DNA of 62,142 nucleotides, filler included. It is 7 parts of 7 records of this genome, joined end to end, with 100 filler letters (N's around TTAATTAATTAA, not from the genome) between each part and the next. Parts side by side here need not be neighbours in the genome. Positions count along the whole stretch, not along the records: positions 1 to 10,565 come from SRR20825010_5219; 6 more parts are not named here. One strand, 5' to 3'. The notes beneath the pieces are model-generated. The model saw nothing but the letters and a program-made list of their open reading frames with translations. It did no database searches and was not told where the DNA came from. This document shows positions 1-9,454 of this stretch, piece by piece (the stretch's first letter is position 1; every line of letters starts with the position of its first letter). Both the position numbers and the translations under genes were made by a program.

Positions 1-3
1 ATC

Positions 4-99
4 GTGTCAGTCCGAGCGAAGTCGAGGACAATTATTTTACTTGCATTAAACGAGGCTTAGATTTCGAGATTCTCGTCTCTTAATTGCTCAGCCTGACAC
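4..99. repeat. REP/REPIN-like imperfect inverted repeat
   Basis: GTGTCAGTCCGAGCGAAGTCGAGG (4-27) and GCTCAGCCTGACAC (86-99). The reverse complement of the latter matches 4-17 at 12/14. Resembles the GAGCG-AGTCGA extragenic repeats recalled from Bacteroidota. Confidence 0.55.
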
Positions 100-355
100 C
101 ATCATCACTCTTTTGTAAATTCTAATTTTTTCTTACTGAGGATGACAGACAGCAAGTGTTCTTGTTTATCTGCTAAATCAAATTTAAGCTTTTTACTCTT
201 TTATACTTAGTTTATTACTCCGAAGATCAGGGTAATTTAGAAAATATCAGGGATAATTTATCCCTTGATTGAATTGAGTAGGAAAAGGGATTTCTTGATC
301 TTTCTCATAGCCTTGCATTAAGTCAAGGAATTGAAAGGTCTAATGGAATATCGCT

Positions 356-667
356 ATGAAAACATTCACTGATGAGGATTTTAAATTAGTGTTGGAGGAG
401 ATGATCTTAGCAGATCTCAAACATTCCCAATTGCTTTTTGGACTTACAAACATAGGCTTAGACCCAATGGATAATCATTATCTGGGAATTTGTGATCTAA
501 TAGCCAACTTCATAGGTATTGTGACGGATGAAGAAAAAGACCGGTTTATGGAAATCTATATGGAGTTTATGCATCGAAGTATCACTTTTCCTGTCTGCCC
601 CAGAAGTGAAGAGTTAAGGGGCGTAAGCAAGAAGTGTTTAGACGATCTATTAAAGGTTTTTGATTAG
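356..667 (+). CDS. hypothetical protein (103 aa)
   Basis: Clean ORF with plausible composition; no recognisable motif. Confidence 0.65.
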   Translation: MKTFTDEDFKLVLEEMILADLKHSQLLFGLTNIGLDPMDNHYLGICDLIANFIGIVTDEEKDRFMEIYMEFMHRSITFPVCPRSEELRGVSKKCLDDLLKVFD

Positions 668-719
668 TTTGGCTTTTTGTTAATCAAAAAATATTTTGCG
701 CTGAGTTCAGCTACTTATT

Positions 720-3104
720 ATGAGATCTATTGTAATTAAACCCTCTTTATTAACCTTTTTCATTTTTGCATTTCAATTTTTTAGTTCTGCCCAAACCCAG
801 TTCTATGTATCTCCGCTTGGGGATGATAAGAATGTCGGGAGTCAAGAGTCACCGTTTCTCACTCTCGGACATGCTAAAGAAGTAGTCAAAGCTTATAAAG
901 TAGAAAAGCCAAAAGAAAAGGTGACGCTGATTCTCAGAGATGGGACATATTATCTCAGTGAGTCACTTGTCTTTGATTCGAAGGAATCTGGCACTACTGA
1001 GAAGCCTTATACAATTCGTGCGGCTGAGGGGGAGAAAGTGATACTAAGTGGAGGGAAGTCATTGGAATTGAAATGGAAACGCTTTAAAGGTGATCTTTTG
1101 GCGGCAAAAGTTCCAGCGGGAGTGGACTTTTCCTCACTTTATATAAATGGTGAGAAGCAGATCCGAGCTCGATATCCAAATTACCAAGCGGATGTTTATC
1201 CCTTCAATGGCTTTTCCGAAGATGCAATTTCAAAGGAAAAAATCGCGAGTTGGAAGAATCCGGAAGGAGGCTACATTCATGCCCTTCATAAGAGTAAATG
1301 GGGCGGAATGCATTATTTGATCACGGGAAAATTTGCGAGCGATAGTTTGATGTATGAAGGAGGCTGGCAAAATAACAGGTCCAGTGGGTTGCATGCGAAA
1401 TATAGGTTTGTGGAGAATGTTTTCGAAGAACTGGATAGCCCAAAAGAATGGTTTCTAGACACGAAAAAAGGGGTGCTTTATTTTTATCCTGAAGTAGGAT
1501 TAGCAATCGAAAACATCCAAAAAGTAGAAGTGGGGATGTTAGAAAACCTAATTTCTTTCGAAGGAGATAAGGATCATCCTGTCCATGATATCGTGTTACA
1601 GAATTTGATTTTTCAACAAAGCACCCCAACCTTCATGAAAACGGAAGAACGTCTGATGAGGAGTGATTGGACGGTGTATAGAAGCGGAGCGATTCTGTTG
1701 GATGGCACGGAGAACATTCTGATTGAAGACAATGTTTTTCAGGATTTGGGAGGCAATGCGATTTTCGTGAGTAACTATAATCGAAACACGACCATTAAAG
1801 GCAATTTGATTGAAGAAATAGGAGGTAGTGCAATCAGTTTTGTAGGGAATCCGGATGCCGTTCGTTCTCCATCTTTCAATTATCATGAGTTTGTTCCAGA
1901 GGAAGATATTGATACTATTCCGGGTCCTAAGACTGAGAATTACCCTGCTAATTCACGCGTTGTGGATAATCTGATACGCAATATTGGTACGATTGAAAAG
2001 CAAGTTGCGGGTGTTCAGATAGAAATGGCGATGGATCTGCATATCGTTCACAATACCATTTATAATGTACCAAGAGCAGGAATCAATATAGGTGATGGAG
2101 CCTGGGGAGGGCATATTATTGAGTACAATGATGTGTTCAATACCGTGATGGAAACTGGCGATCATGGTGCGTTTAACTCGTGGGGAAGAGATCGATATTG
2201 GCATCCGAATAGGCAAACTATGGATGAGCTGACGGCGAAGCATCCGGAATGGATAAAACTTGATGCCATCAAAACCACCATTATTCGAAATAATCGTTTT
2301 CACTGCGACCATGGCTGGGATATAGATTTGGATGACGGATCGAGCAATTATGAGATTTATAATAATCTGGCTTTAAGTGGAGGGATCAAATTGCGTGAGG
2401 GTTTTTATAGAACTGTTTACAATAACATTATGGTGAACAATGGCTACCATCCGCATGTGTGGTTTAAGGAAAGTCATGATGTTTTCACTCGAAATATTGT
2501 GATGACATCACATAAGCAAATCCGTGTCAACGATTGGGGAGATCAGGTGGATGAGAACTTTTTTACTTCGCAGGGAGATCTTGATCAAAGTAGATCTTTT
2601 GGTGTGGAGGCAAGCGGTGAGTTTGGCGATCCTATGTTTGTGAATCCTGAGGCAGGAGATTTTAGCCTGGAGGAAGATTCTCCGGCGATCCAAGCTGTGG
2701 GATTTGTGAACTTCGATATGGATAAATTCGGGGTGACTTCTCCAGCATTGAAAAAATTGGCTGACTCTCCTAAAATCCCATTTCTATTATTAGAAACTCA
2801 TGAGGATAAAGCAGAAATCCGTGAATGGCATGGATTCAAGGTGAAGAATATGGAGACGCTGGGCGAGCAATCTGCAGCTGGATTAAATGAAATTACCGGA
2901 GTAATCGTTCTTGAAGTTCCAAGTCAGTATGACACGAGCGCTTCCAATTCATTAAGAGTTGGTGATGTGATTTTGGCATGCTGGGATGAGGAAGTGAGTG
3001 ATTTTATCTCGCTTAGCAAAGTAGAAAAGGGCAACAACTGGAAAGGTCATACCGAGTTAAAAGTTTGGAGAAATCAAGGGTTGACCTCAGCAGTGATTCA
3101 ATAG
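720..3104 (+). CDS. secreted right-handed beta-helix protein (GH141-like) with C-terminal PDZ-like domain
   Basis: Signal peptide, N-terminal YVSPLGDD..GS..SPF motif, RARYPN motif, parallel beta-helix repeats, C-terminal GVIVLEV...LRVGDVI. Confidence 0.75.
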   Translation: MRSIVIKPSLLTFFIFAFQFFSSAQTQFYVSPLGDDKNVGSQESPFLTLGHAKEVVKAYKVEKPKEKVTLILRDGTYYLSESLVFDSKESGTTEKPYTIRAAEGEKVILSGGKSLELKWKRFKGDLLAAKVPAGVDFSSLYINGEKQIRARYPNYQADVYPFNGFSEDAISKEKIASWKNPEGGYIHALHKSKWGGMHYLITGKFASDSLMYEGGWQNNRSSGLHAKYRFVENVFEELDSPKEWFLDTKKGVLYFYPEVGLAIENIQKVEVGMLENLISFEGDKDHPVHDIVLQNLIFQQSTPTFMKTEERLMRSDWTVYRSGAILLDGTENILIEDNVFQDLGGNAIFVSNYNRNTTIKGNLIEEIGGSAISFVGNPDAVRSPSFNYHEFVPEEDIDTIPGPKTENYPANSRVVDNLIRNIGTIEKQVAGVQIEMAMDLHIVHNTIYNVPRAGINIGDGAWGGHIIEYNDVFNTVMETGDHGAFNSWGRDRYWHPNRQTMDELTAKHPEWIKLDAIKTTIIRNNRFHCDHGWDIDLDDGSSNYEIYNNLALSGGIKLREGFYRTVYNNIMVNNGYHPHVWFKESHDVFTRNIVMTSHKQIRVNDWGDQVDENFFTSQGDLDQSRSFGVEASGEFGDPMFVNPEAGDFSLEEDSPAIQAVGFVNFDMDKFGVTSPALKKLADSPKIPFLLLETHEDKAEIREWHGFKVKNMETLGEQSAAGLNEITGVIVLEVPSQYDTSASNSLRVGDVILACWDEEVSDFISLSKVEKGNNWKGHTELKVWRNQGLTSAVIQ

Positions 3105-3138
3105 GATAATTCGTTTTACAAAATGAAATTGTTGAAAA

Positions 3139-3166
3139 TCCCCCTAGCCCCCTTTAAAAAGGGGGA
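3139..3166. repeat. C/G-rich hairpin repeat between convergent genes (possible terminator or REP-like unit)
   Basis: TCCCCCTAGCCCCCTTTAAAAAGGGGGA; CCCCCTTT/AAAGGGGG stem. Confidence 0.5.
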
Positions 3167-3261
3167 GTTGGCTCAATTTGATCATTAAACCCAAATTTCC
3201 TCAAGGAAGGTGGATAGTTGTGGATTCTCAAAATTCTCTTACCTAAGAAGGAATTCAACTA

Positions 3262-4422
3262 TCACTTTTCCCATTCCATCCACTTAAAGACAATTTCCTT
3301 ATAATCGTCTCGCTCGTATAGGACGCCAATGGTTTTTGAATCAAGTAAAACCAAATCACTGTAAGCTGTCCATATTTTGCCTTTAGGGACATCTTTATGG
3401 TCAATTACAGTAGTCTTTGGCCAAGTTTTACCTTGATTCCTGCTGATTTTCAGGCTAAGGTTATTTCTTTCATTAGCGTCATCGTTGTTGGAATGAGCTA
3501 GATTAGTATTTCCAGCTTCATCTTTGAAAGACAGAATTGATCCTTGACAAACTGGATCTGGCAGACTTTCTTCAAAATATTGCTCAGACCAAGTAGCTCC
3601 TCCATCTTCTGAATAGGCTAAAATACGACTACGGATATCTCCTCGTTGATTTCGGGTACTCATGATCATTCGGCCATCTGGAAGTTCAGCGGCAATGGAT
3701 TCATTGGACCCAGGAAATTTGACTGATTCGGAGACTTTGAAAGTTTTTCCATGGTCGTCAGAATAGAATCCATGGGCCTGATAATCTTTGAATTCTTCTT
3801 GCGGAGGGCCCTGAGAATGATTTGCCGCTATGTAGATTCTTCCCTTGTAATCTCCGTTTTGAAACTGAAATGCATGTCCGGGAGTATTCGCATAGTGCCT
3901 CCAGTCAGCAGGGTTCGTGTAAGTAGCGTTGAATTCGGGGTTGTTTGGTTTGTGAACTTGGCTGGTGATGTTTACCGGCTGTTCCCAGGAATGCCCTAAA
4001 TCAAGCGATCGAATCATCCAAATTTCCCGCACGCCTTTATTCATTCGGATATCATATTCATGGTTGTTTCCCGTGTTGTAAAACAAGTAAACCACTCCAT
4101 TTGGATGAGCTGGATCAAATAGATCTACGACAGGTGCTGGATTGCCAGCTTGCAAATTGTCATAATCGACAATCGTCTGAAGCGCTGACCAAGTTTTACC
4201 TTTATCCGCACTTCTCTTGAGCACTAAGTTGATATCCCCATAGTCATTTGATCCATTTACTCTGCCTTCGGCAAAAGCCAGAAGTTCGCCATCTGGCAAA
4301 TCTATGATCGCTGGGATTCTGTAAGTAGCATGTCCTTCTTGGCCGCCTTGATATACAAGAGACTCCTGAGCAAAGACCGTGAGGAATTGAAAAATAAGGA
4401 ATAGGGATAGGAGAATTCTCAT
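3262..4422 (-). CDS. exo-alpha-sialidase (GH33)
   Basis: YRIP motif, five Asp-boxes (SADKGKTW, SLDLGHSW, SDDHGKTF, SEDGGATW, SRNQGKTW), signal peptide. ATG at 4422 preferred over TTG at 4446. Confidence 0.92.
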   Translation of the reverse strand: MRILLSLFLIFQFLTVFAQESLVYQGGQEGHATYRIPAIIDLPDGELLAFAEGRVNGSNDYGDINLVLKRSADKGKTWSALQTIVDYDNLQAGNPAPVVDLFDPAHPNGVVYLFYNTGNNHEYDIRMNKGVREIWMIRSLDLGHSWEQPVNITSQVHKPNNPEFNATYTNPADWRHYANTPGHAFQFQNGDYKGRIYIAANHSQGPPQEEFKDYQAHGFYSDDHGKTFKVSESVKFPGSNESIAAELPDGRMIMSTRNQRGDIRSRILAYSEDGGATWSEQYFEESLPDPVCQGSILSFKDEAGNTNLAHSNNDDANERNNLSLKISRNQGKTWPKTTVIDHKDVPKGKIWTAYSDLVLLDSKTIGVLYERDDYKEIVFKWMEWEK

Positions 4423-4452
4423 GGTTTTGGGTTTTTGAATTTTCAAAAATGA

Positions 4453-6726
4453 TTAATTAATCACCAACTCGTCCACAAAGAGAAATCCTTTCTGAACATT
4501 TGGCGCAAAAACCTTGACGTATCTGGCTTGTTTTCCTTCCAGTGATCCTTTGAAGTCTTTAAGTACTTTCTCCTTTTCGGTGGCTGCAACATCATTATCG
4601 ATTCGAAGTACAGTTTCAAAGGTTTCCCCATCAATAGAAATAGAAACTTCCAGAAAGCCCGGCATGAATACTCCTGGGCCGGCCACTTGCATAAAGGTTG
4701 CCGAGAATGAATTCAAGGCAGTTTCCTTTTCCATATCCACCGTCACATCAAAATCAGAAGTAAAACCTTGCCACCTGCCATCGTTATAGGATTCGCCTCC
4801 TCGATAGCCATCGGTCATGCTTCCTGCATCTCCCGCGGGATAGGATTTGTTCCAAGATTTTCTATACTCTACAGGTTTGCCGATAGCCAAGTGATAATCC
4901 ACTTGCTTAGTCAATATTGGATCGGTGATTTTACCTTCCAGAAAAACTGCCGCCACGATAGTCGCACTTCCAGTTACAAAAAACTCTCCTTTATAGAGGT
5001 TCGATTCCGAAGTTGGCTGGGTGCCGTCTGTGGTATAATAAATAGTAGGCTGACTGATTTCACTTTCTAAGGTGATGCCGATTCGCTGCCCATCCGTATC
5101 GACATTCATAAATGGGATAAGCTTCGTGGTAGGGTTATACTCGTACTTTACACCTAATTGATCCAGACGAGGCAATTGGTTTTTAAGTCGGGTTTTAAAA
5201 GAATTCCAATCCTGAGCAGACTCACTAGTCCAAGCTCTTTCTGCCAAAGCCAAGACATTGGGGAAAAGCATCGCGTCAGCTAATGCTTCAGAAGGGATAG
5301 TTTCAGTCCAGAGACAAGCCTGCAGCCCTTTAATCTTATGTCTCAATTCTTCAGGGAATTTTGAGCCGAGCAAAGGCTTATTGTAAATATCAAACAACTT
5401 GGAATTGGGAGTGGAGAAATAGAATGGATCTCCAGGAGCTAATATCACCTCATTGCCATTTTGAACGGCTTTATCAGGTACGCCCGCAACCCAATTTCTC
5501 CAATACATTACCTTCAAATTGGAGTCAATTCCACCCGCCATAGCATCGTCCCAGACCACTACCTCTTTGCCGTTTTTTTGAAGAAAAGCAGAAACTCTAT
5601 TTACAAAGTATGATTGCAGTTCATCGGCGCTTTGCATGCCGTTTTCTTTCATAAACTTATTGGCAGCTACTGATTCTTCCCATGTCTTTTTCTCCACCTC
5701 ATCAGCTCCGATATGGATGTATTTTGATGGGAAAATATCCATCACTTCAGTTAATACATTTTCTACAAACGTGTAAACTTCCTCATTCACGGGACAGAGA
5801 GGAGTGGAAAAAAGATCGCCCCATGCAGCTTCACCATTGCAGGCAAGTTCTGGGTAAATCGCGATAGCAGCCATCATGTGACCTGGCATATCAATTTCTG
5901 GAATAATCTCTACGTGCTTGGTTTGTGCATAACTGACAAATTCCCGAAGCTCGTCCTGCGTATAGAAACCGCCATAATAAGGCGTGCCATCTCGCATTTC
6001 AATGTGCTTAGGCTCCAAAGCGAATCGTGGGTCTTCCTTAGATTTATCTATACAGATAGAATCCTGGCTGTTAAACGTTCGCCATGCGCCTTGCTCAGTG
6101 AGCTCTGGGTATTTTTTGATTTCTATTCTCCAGCCTTGATCATCGGTCAGGTGGAGATGCAGCTTGTTTAGCTTGTACAAAGACAATAAATCCACGTAGC
6201 GGCGAAGGTAATCCATAGAGAAAAAATGCCTGGAGACATCCAGATGCATCGCGCGCCATTCGTACTGCGGCTGATCTTTGATTTCTAGCTCAGGCAAAGT
6301 TATCTCGTCACTGACCTCGCCAGACTCCATGCTTGAAGGAAGAAGTTGGCGTAAAGTGATCAAACCATAAAATACACCTTCTGCATCTCCTGCTTCCAGG
6401 GTCACTTTATCAGGGGTGATTTTCAGATGATAAGATTCAGGATTCTCAGAAGCTTCTATTTTTCGGATCTCAATGACGTTTTTTCCATCTGCTTCCGAGA
6501 GATTTTGGCCAATAGCCTGTGTCATCATGGATTGAAAAAATGCGACTTCTTCTGAAAAAGCACCTTGATCCTCTACGATAAGCTGTGTACTGGAATTCAG
6601 GTTGAAGTTTCCATTTCCAGTTTCCATTTGGGCTGGATAAGGAACTATAGAAATTTCTACTGGTTTTGGAGTGGAGCAAGAAGCAAGTAGAAAAAGAGCA
6701 GTAGTAAAAAGAATAAGGTACCTCAA
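4453..6726 (-). CDS. beta-N-acetylhexosaminidase (GH20) lipoprotein with Fn3-like/F5-8-like C-terminal domains
   Basis: Lipobox LASC, HLDVSRHF, HLTDDQGWR, PEIDMPGH, catalytic HIGADE, IYYTTDGTQP. Confidence 0.92.
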   Translation of the reverse strand: MRYLILFTTALFLLASCSTPKPVEISIVPYPAQMETGNGNFNLNSSTQLIVEDQGAFSEEVAFFQSMMTQAIGQNLSEADGKNVIEIRKIEASENPESYHLKITPDKVTLEAGDAEGVFYGLITLRQLLPSSMESGEVSDEITLPELEIKDQPQYEWRAMHLDVSRHFFSMDYLRRYVDLLSLYKLNKLHLHLTDDQGWRIEIKKYPELTEQGAWRTFNSQDSICIDKSKEDPRFALEPKHIEMRDGTPYYGGFYTQDELREFVSYAQTKHVEIIPEIDMPGHMMAAIAIYPELACNGEAAWGDLFSTPLCPVNEEVYTFVENVLTEVMDIFPSKYIHIGADEVEKKTWEESVAANKFMKENGMQSADELQSYFVNRVSAFLQKNGKEVVVWDDAMAGGIDSNLKVMYWRNWVAGVPDKAVQNGNEVILAPGDPFYFSTPNSKLFDIYNKPLLGSKFPEELRHKIKGLQACLWTETIPSEALADAMLFPNVLALAERAWTSESAQDWNSFKTRLKNQLPRLDQLGVKYEYNPTTKLIPFMNVDTDGQRIGITLESEISQPTIYYTTDGTQPTSESNLYKGEFFVTGSATIVAAVFLEGKITDPILTKQVDYHLAIGKPVEYRKSWNKSYPAGDAGSMTDGYRGGESYNDGRWQGFTSDFDVTVDMEKETALNSFSATFMQVAGPGVFMPGFLEVSISIDGETFETVLRIDNDVAATEKEKVLKDFKGSLEGKQARYVKVFAPNVQKGFLFVDELVIN

Positions 6727-7006
6727 GGTGAATCAATATAGGTGAGGTTCAAAGGTAGAGTTGAATTGCCAGATGGTGAAATTGGTGGAGGAAAAATCAG
6801 TCCGCTTTTCGATCGAGAAACTGCTCTAATTCTTCTATCGGTGCTATTCATTTCGAGTTCATCAGCATGGTTTTTATCTAAATTACCCATTTGTATTTTT
6901 TCTCACTAGGTACATTTGCCAAAATAATTGCTAAAATCAGCAGTTGATTTGTCACTGGAACGGCTATCATTGGATTTCTAGATTCTCATTTCTGCTAGTT
7001 ATTTAC

Positions 7007-7014
7007 TACTTTTG
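7007..7014 (+). promoter_or_regulatory. Bacteroidota -7 promoter element (TAnnTTTG) for lepA
   Basis: TACTTTTG 8 nt upstream of the lepA ORF. Confidence 0.6.
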
Positions 7015-7022
7015 CGCCAATA

Positions 7023-8816
7023 ATGGATATGCAAAAAATAAGGAATTTCTGTATCATCGCCCATATTGATCATGGGAAGAGTACACTGGCGGATAGATTA
7101 CTACAGCAAACTGATACTGTCGCAGATCGCGATATGCAGGCTCAGTTGTTGGATAATATGGATTTGGAGCGTGAGCGTGGTATCACGATCAAATCTCATG
7201 CGATCCAGATGAAATATACTCACGAAGGTGAGGAATATACCCTCAATCTGATTGATACCCCAGGTCACGTGGATTTTTCATACGAGGTTTCCCGGTCGAT
7301 TGCCGCCTGTGAAGGCGCTTTGCTGATCGTGGATGCATCTCAGGGTGTAGAAGCGCAGACTATTTCCAATTTATACTTGGCACTTGGCCACGATCTGGAA
7401 ATTATTCCAGTTTTGAATAAAATTGACCTTCCTGGAGCCGATCCAGAAGCAGTTGCCGATGAGGTGATTGATCTGATCGGTTGCGATAGAGAAGATATTA
7501 TTTTGGCCTCCGGCAAAACAGGAATCGGTATTGATGATATCCTGAAAGCGGTGATCAATAGAATCCCAGCTCCTAAAGGAGATCCGGATGCACCGCTTCA
7601 AGCGATGATTTTTGATTCGGTTTATAATCCATTCCGTGGAGTTGAGGTTATTTTTAGGATTTTCAACGGAACGTTCAGTAAAGGTGACAAGATCAAATTT
7701 GTCAACACTGGAAAAGAATACGAGGCGGATGAAATCGGAATTTTGGGCTTGAACCAAATTCCTCAGCAAACCATGAGCGCCGGTAACGTAGGTTACCTGA
7801 TCTCTGGGGTGAAAGTCGCCAAGGAAATCAAAGTGGGTGATACGATCACGCACATCAAGAGACCTTGTGATAAAGCAATTCAGGGTTTTGAAAACGTAAA
7901 GCCAATGGTTTTTGCGGGTATTTATCCTGTAGAAACTACGGACTATGAGGAACTTCGTTATTCTATGGAGAAACTCCAATTGAACGATGCTTCGCTAGTT
8001 TGGGAACCTGAAACTTCCATGGCTTTGGGCTTTGGATTCCGTTGCGGATTCTTGGGAATGCTTCACATGGAGATTATCCAGGAGCGTTTAGAGCGTGAAT
8101 TTGACATGACTGTGATCACTACAGTTCCGTCAGTTCAGTTCAAAGCTTTGATGACCAACGATACCTATCAGATTATCAATGCGCCATCCGATATGCCAGA
8201 TCCTACGCGGATGAAGCACATCGAGGAGCCCTATGTGAAAGCTTCTATTATCACTGCCTCAGAATATGTGGGTGCGGTAATTACGCTTTGTATGGACAAA
8301 CGTGGTCAGATCAAAAACCAGGTTTACCTGACTGCAGAACGAGTTGAATTGACTTTCGACATGCCTTTGGCTGAGATTGTTTTTGACTTCTTTGATAAGC
8401 TGAAAACCATTTCCAGAGGCTATGCTTCTTTGGATTATGAATTGAAAGGATACGAAATCTCGCACATGGTGAGACTGGATGTGATGCTAAACGGAGAGCC
8501 AGTTGATGCGCTTTCTGCTGTAGTTCACAGAGATAAAGCTTATGATTGGGGCAGAAGACTTTGCGAGAAACTGAAGGAATTGGTTCCACGTCAAATGTTT
8601 GAAATTGCTATCCAGGCAGCTATTGGGCAGAAAATTATCGCTAGAGAAACAGTTAAAGCAATGCGTAAAAACGTGTTAGCGAAGTGTTATGGTGGTGATA
8701 TTTCCCGTAAGCGTAAACTCCTAGAAAAGCAGAAAAAAGGCAAGAAACGTATGAGACAAGTCGGAAACGTCGAGGTTCCTCAGGAGGCGTTTATGGCAGT
8801 GCTCAAACTTGATTAA
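7023..8816 (+). CDS. lepA: elongation factor 4 (LepA)
   Basis: [33 protein letters not shown]-terminal [18 protein letters not shown]. Confidence 0.98.
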   Translation: MDMQKIRNFCIIAHIDHGKSTLADRLLQQTDTVADRDMQAQLLDNMDLERERGITIKSHAIQMKYTHEGEEYTLNLIDTPGHVDFSYEVSRSIAACEGALLIVDASQGVEAQTISNLYLALGHDLEIIPVLNKIDLPGADPEAVADEVIDLIGCDREDIILASGKTGIGIDDILKAVINRIPAPKGDPDAPLQAMIFDSVYNPFRGVEVIFRIFNGTFSKGDKIKFVNTGKEYEADEIGILGLNQIPQQTMSAGNVGYLISGVKVAKEIKVGDTITHIKRPCDKAIQGFENVKPMVFAGIYPVETTDYEELRYSMEKLQLNDASLVWEPETSMALGFGFRCGFLGMLHMEIIQERLEREFDMTVITTVPSVQFKALMTNDTYQIINAPSDMPDPTRMKHIEEPYVKASIITASEYVGAVITLCMDKRGQIKNQVYLTAERVELTFDMPLAEIVFDFFDKLKTISRGYASLDYELKGYEISHMVRLDVMLNGEPVDALSAVVHRDKAYDWGRRLCEKLKELVPRQMFEIAIQAAIGQKIIARETVKAMRKNVLAKCYGGDISRKRKLLEKQKKGKKRMRQVGNVEVPQEAFMAVLKLD

Positions 8817-8830
8817 TTCGTATTCCTTAA

Positions 8831-8871
8831 ACTTCGACATTCAACATTCGACGTTCTTCATTTATCATTTA
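8831..8871 (-). repeat. 41-bp heptamer-built repeat unit A (left terminal inverted repeat)
   Basis: ACTTCGA CATTCAA CATTCGA CGTTCTT CATTTAT CATTTA; 36/41 identical to the reverse complement of 9452-9492. Confidence 0.85.
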
Positions 8872-8902
8872 AGGGCTATCGTTGGGGAATAGGGGGTCCA
8901 TA

Positions 8903-8943
8903 ACTTCAATATTCATCATTCAACATTGCAGATCCATCATTAA
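8903..8943 (-). repeat. 41-bp heptamer-built repeat unit B
   Basis: ACTTCAA TATTCAT CATTCAA CATTGCA GATCCAT CATTAA; same orientation and phase as unit A. Confidence 0.75.
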
Positions 8944-8947
8944 AAAA

Positions 8948-8988
8948 TTAATATCGAATGAAGAATGCTGAAGTCCGAATGATGAAGT
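8948..8988 (+). repeat. 41-bp heptamer-built repeat unit C
   Basis: TTAATA TCGAATG AAGAATG CTGAAGT CCGAATG ATGAAGT; inverted relative to A/B. Confidence 0.85.
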
Positions 8989-9021
8989 GAGCGTCAATAG
9001 GAACTTAAAACTTTGCAAGTT

Positions 9022-9062
9022 TTAATATCGAATGTAGAATGATGAATTTCAAATAATGAAGT
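9022..9062 (+). repeat. 41-bp heptamer-built repeat unit D
   Basis: TTAATA TCGAATG TAGAATG ATGAATT TCAAATA ATGAAGT; 35/41 identical to unit C. Confidence 0.85.
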
Positions 9063-9091
9063 AATAGAATTCAACACTATATCTGAGTACC

Positions 9092-9454
9092 ATGGAGAGA
9101 AAGTATGATCTAGAGGCACGGTTAATCGAATTCGCTGCAGCTATTATTTCTTTTACGGATTCCATGGTAAGTTCTAAGGCCGGAAACCATATGGCAAATC
9201 AGCTTCTCAGAAGCGGAACTTCACCAGCTTTGAATTATGGCGAAGCGCAGTCTGGAGAATCTCGAAGGGATTTTATTCATAAGATGAAAATTGTCTTGAA
9301 AGAATTGCGGGAAAGTGGAGTAGCCATCAAGATTATTGAAAAAGCTAAACTTCATCTTGATAGGGAGGCAATAGTAAGTCTACAAAATGAATGCAACCAG
9401 TTGATTTCAATCTTTGTCAAAAGTGTTGGTACAGCTGAACGAAATAGTAATTGA
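9092..9454 (+). CDS. four-helix-bundle protein (23S rRNA-intervening-sequence protein / TIGR02436-like)
   Basis: QLLRSGTSPALNYGEAQSGESRRDFIHKMKIVLKELRE signature; 120 aa. Confidence 0.92.
   Translation: MERKYDLEARLIEFAAAIISFTDSMVSSKAGNHMANQLLRSGTSPALNYGEAQSGESRRDFIHKMKIVLKELRESGVAIKIIEKAKLHLDREAIVSLQNECNQLISIFVKSVGTAERNSN

Noticed and set aside
8831-9062. CRISPR array
   Set aside because: Repeat and spacer sizes are suggestive, but the units are degenerate, internally heptameric, in two orientations, only two per direction upstream of the gene, and no cas genes are present.
9092-9454. Diversity-generating retroelement (Avd) or a true 23S rRNA IVS
   Set aside because: No reverse transcriptase, TR/VR pair or rRNA sequence nearby; the flanks are lepA and folD.
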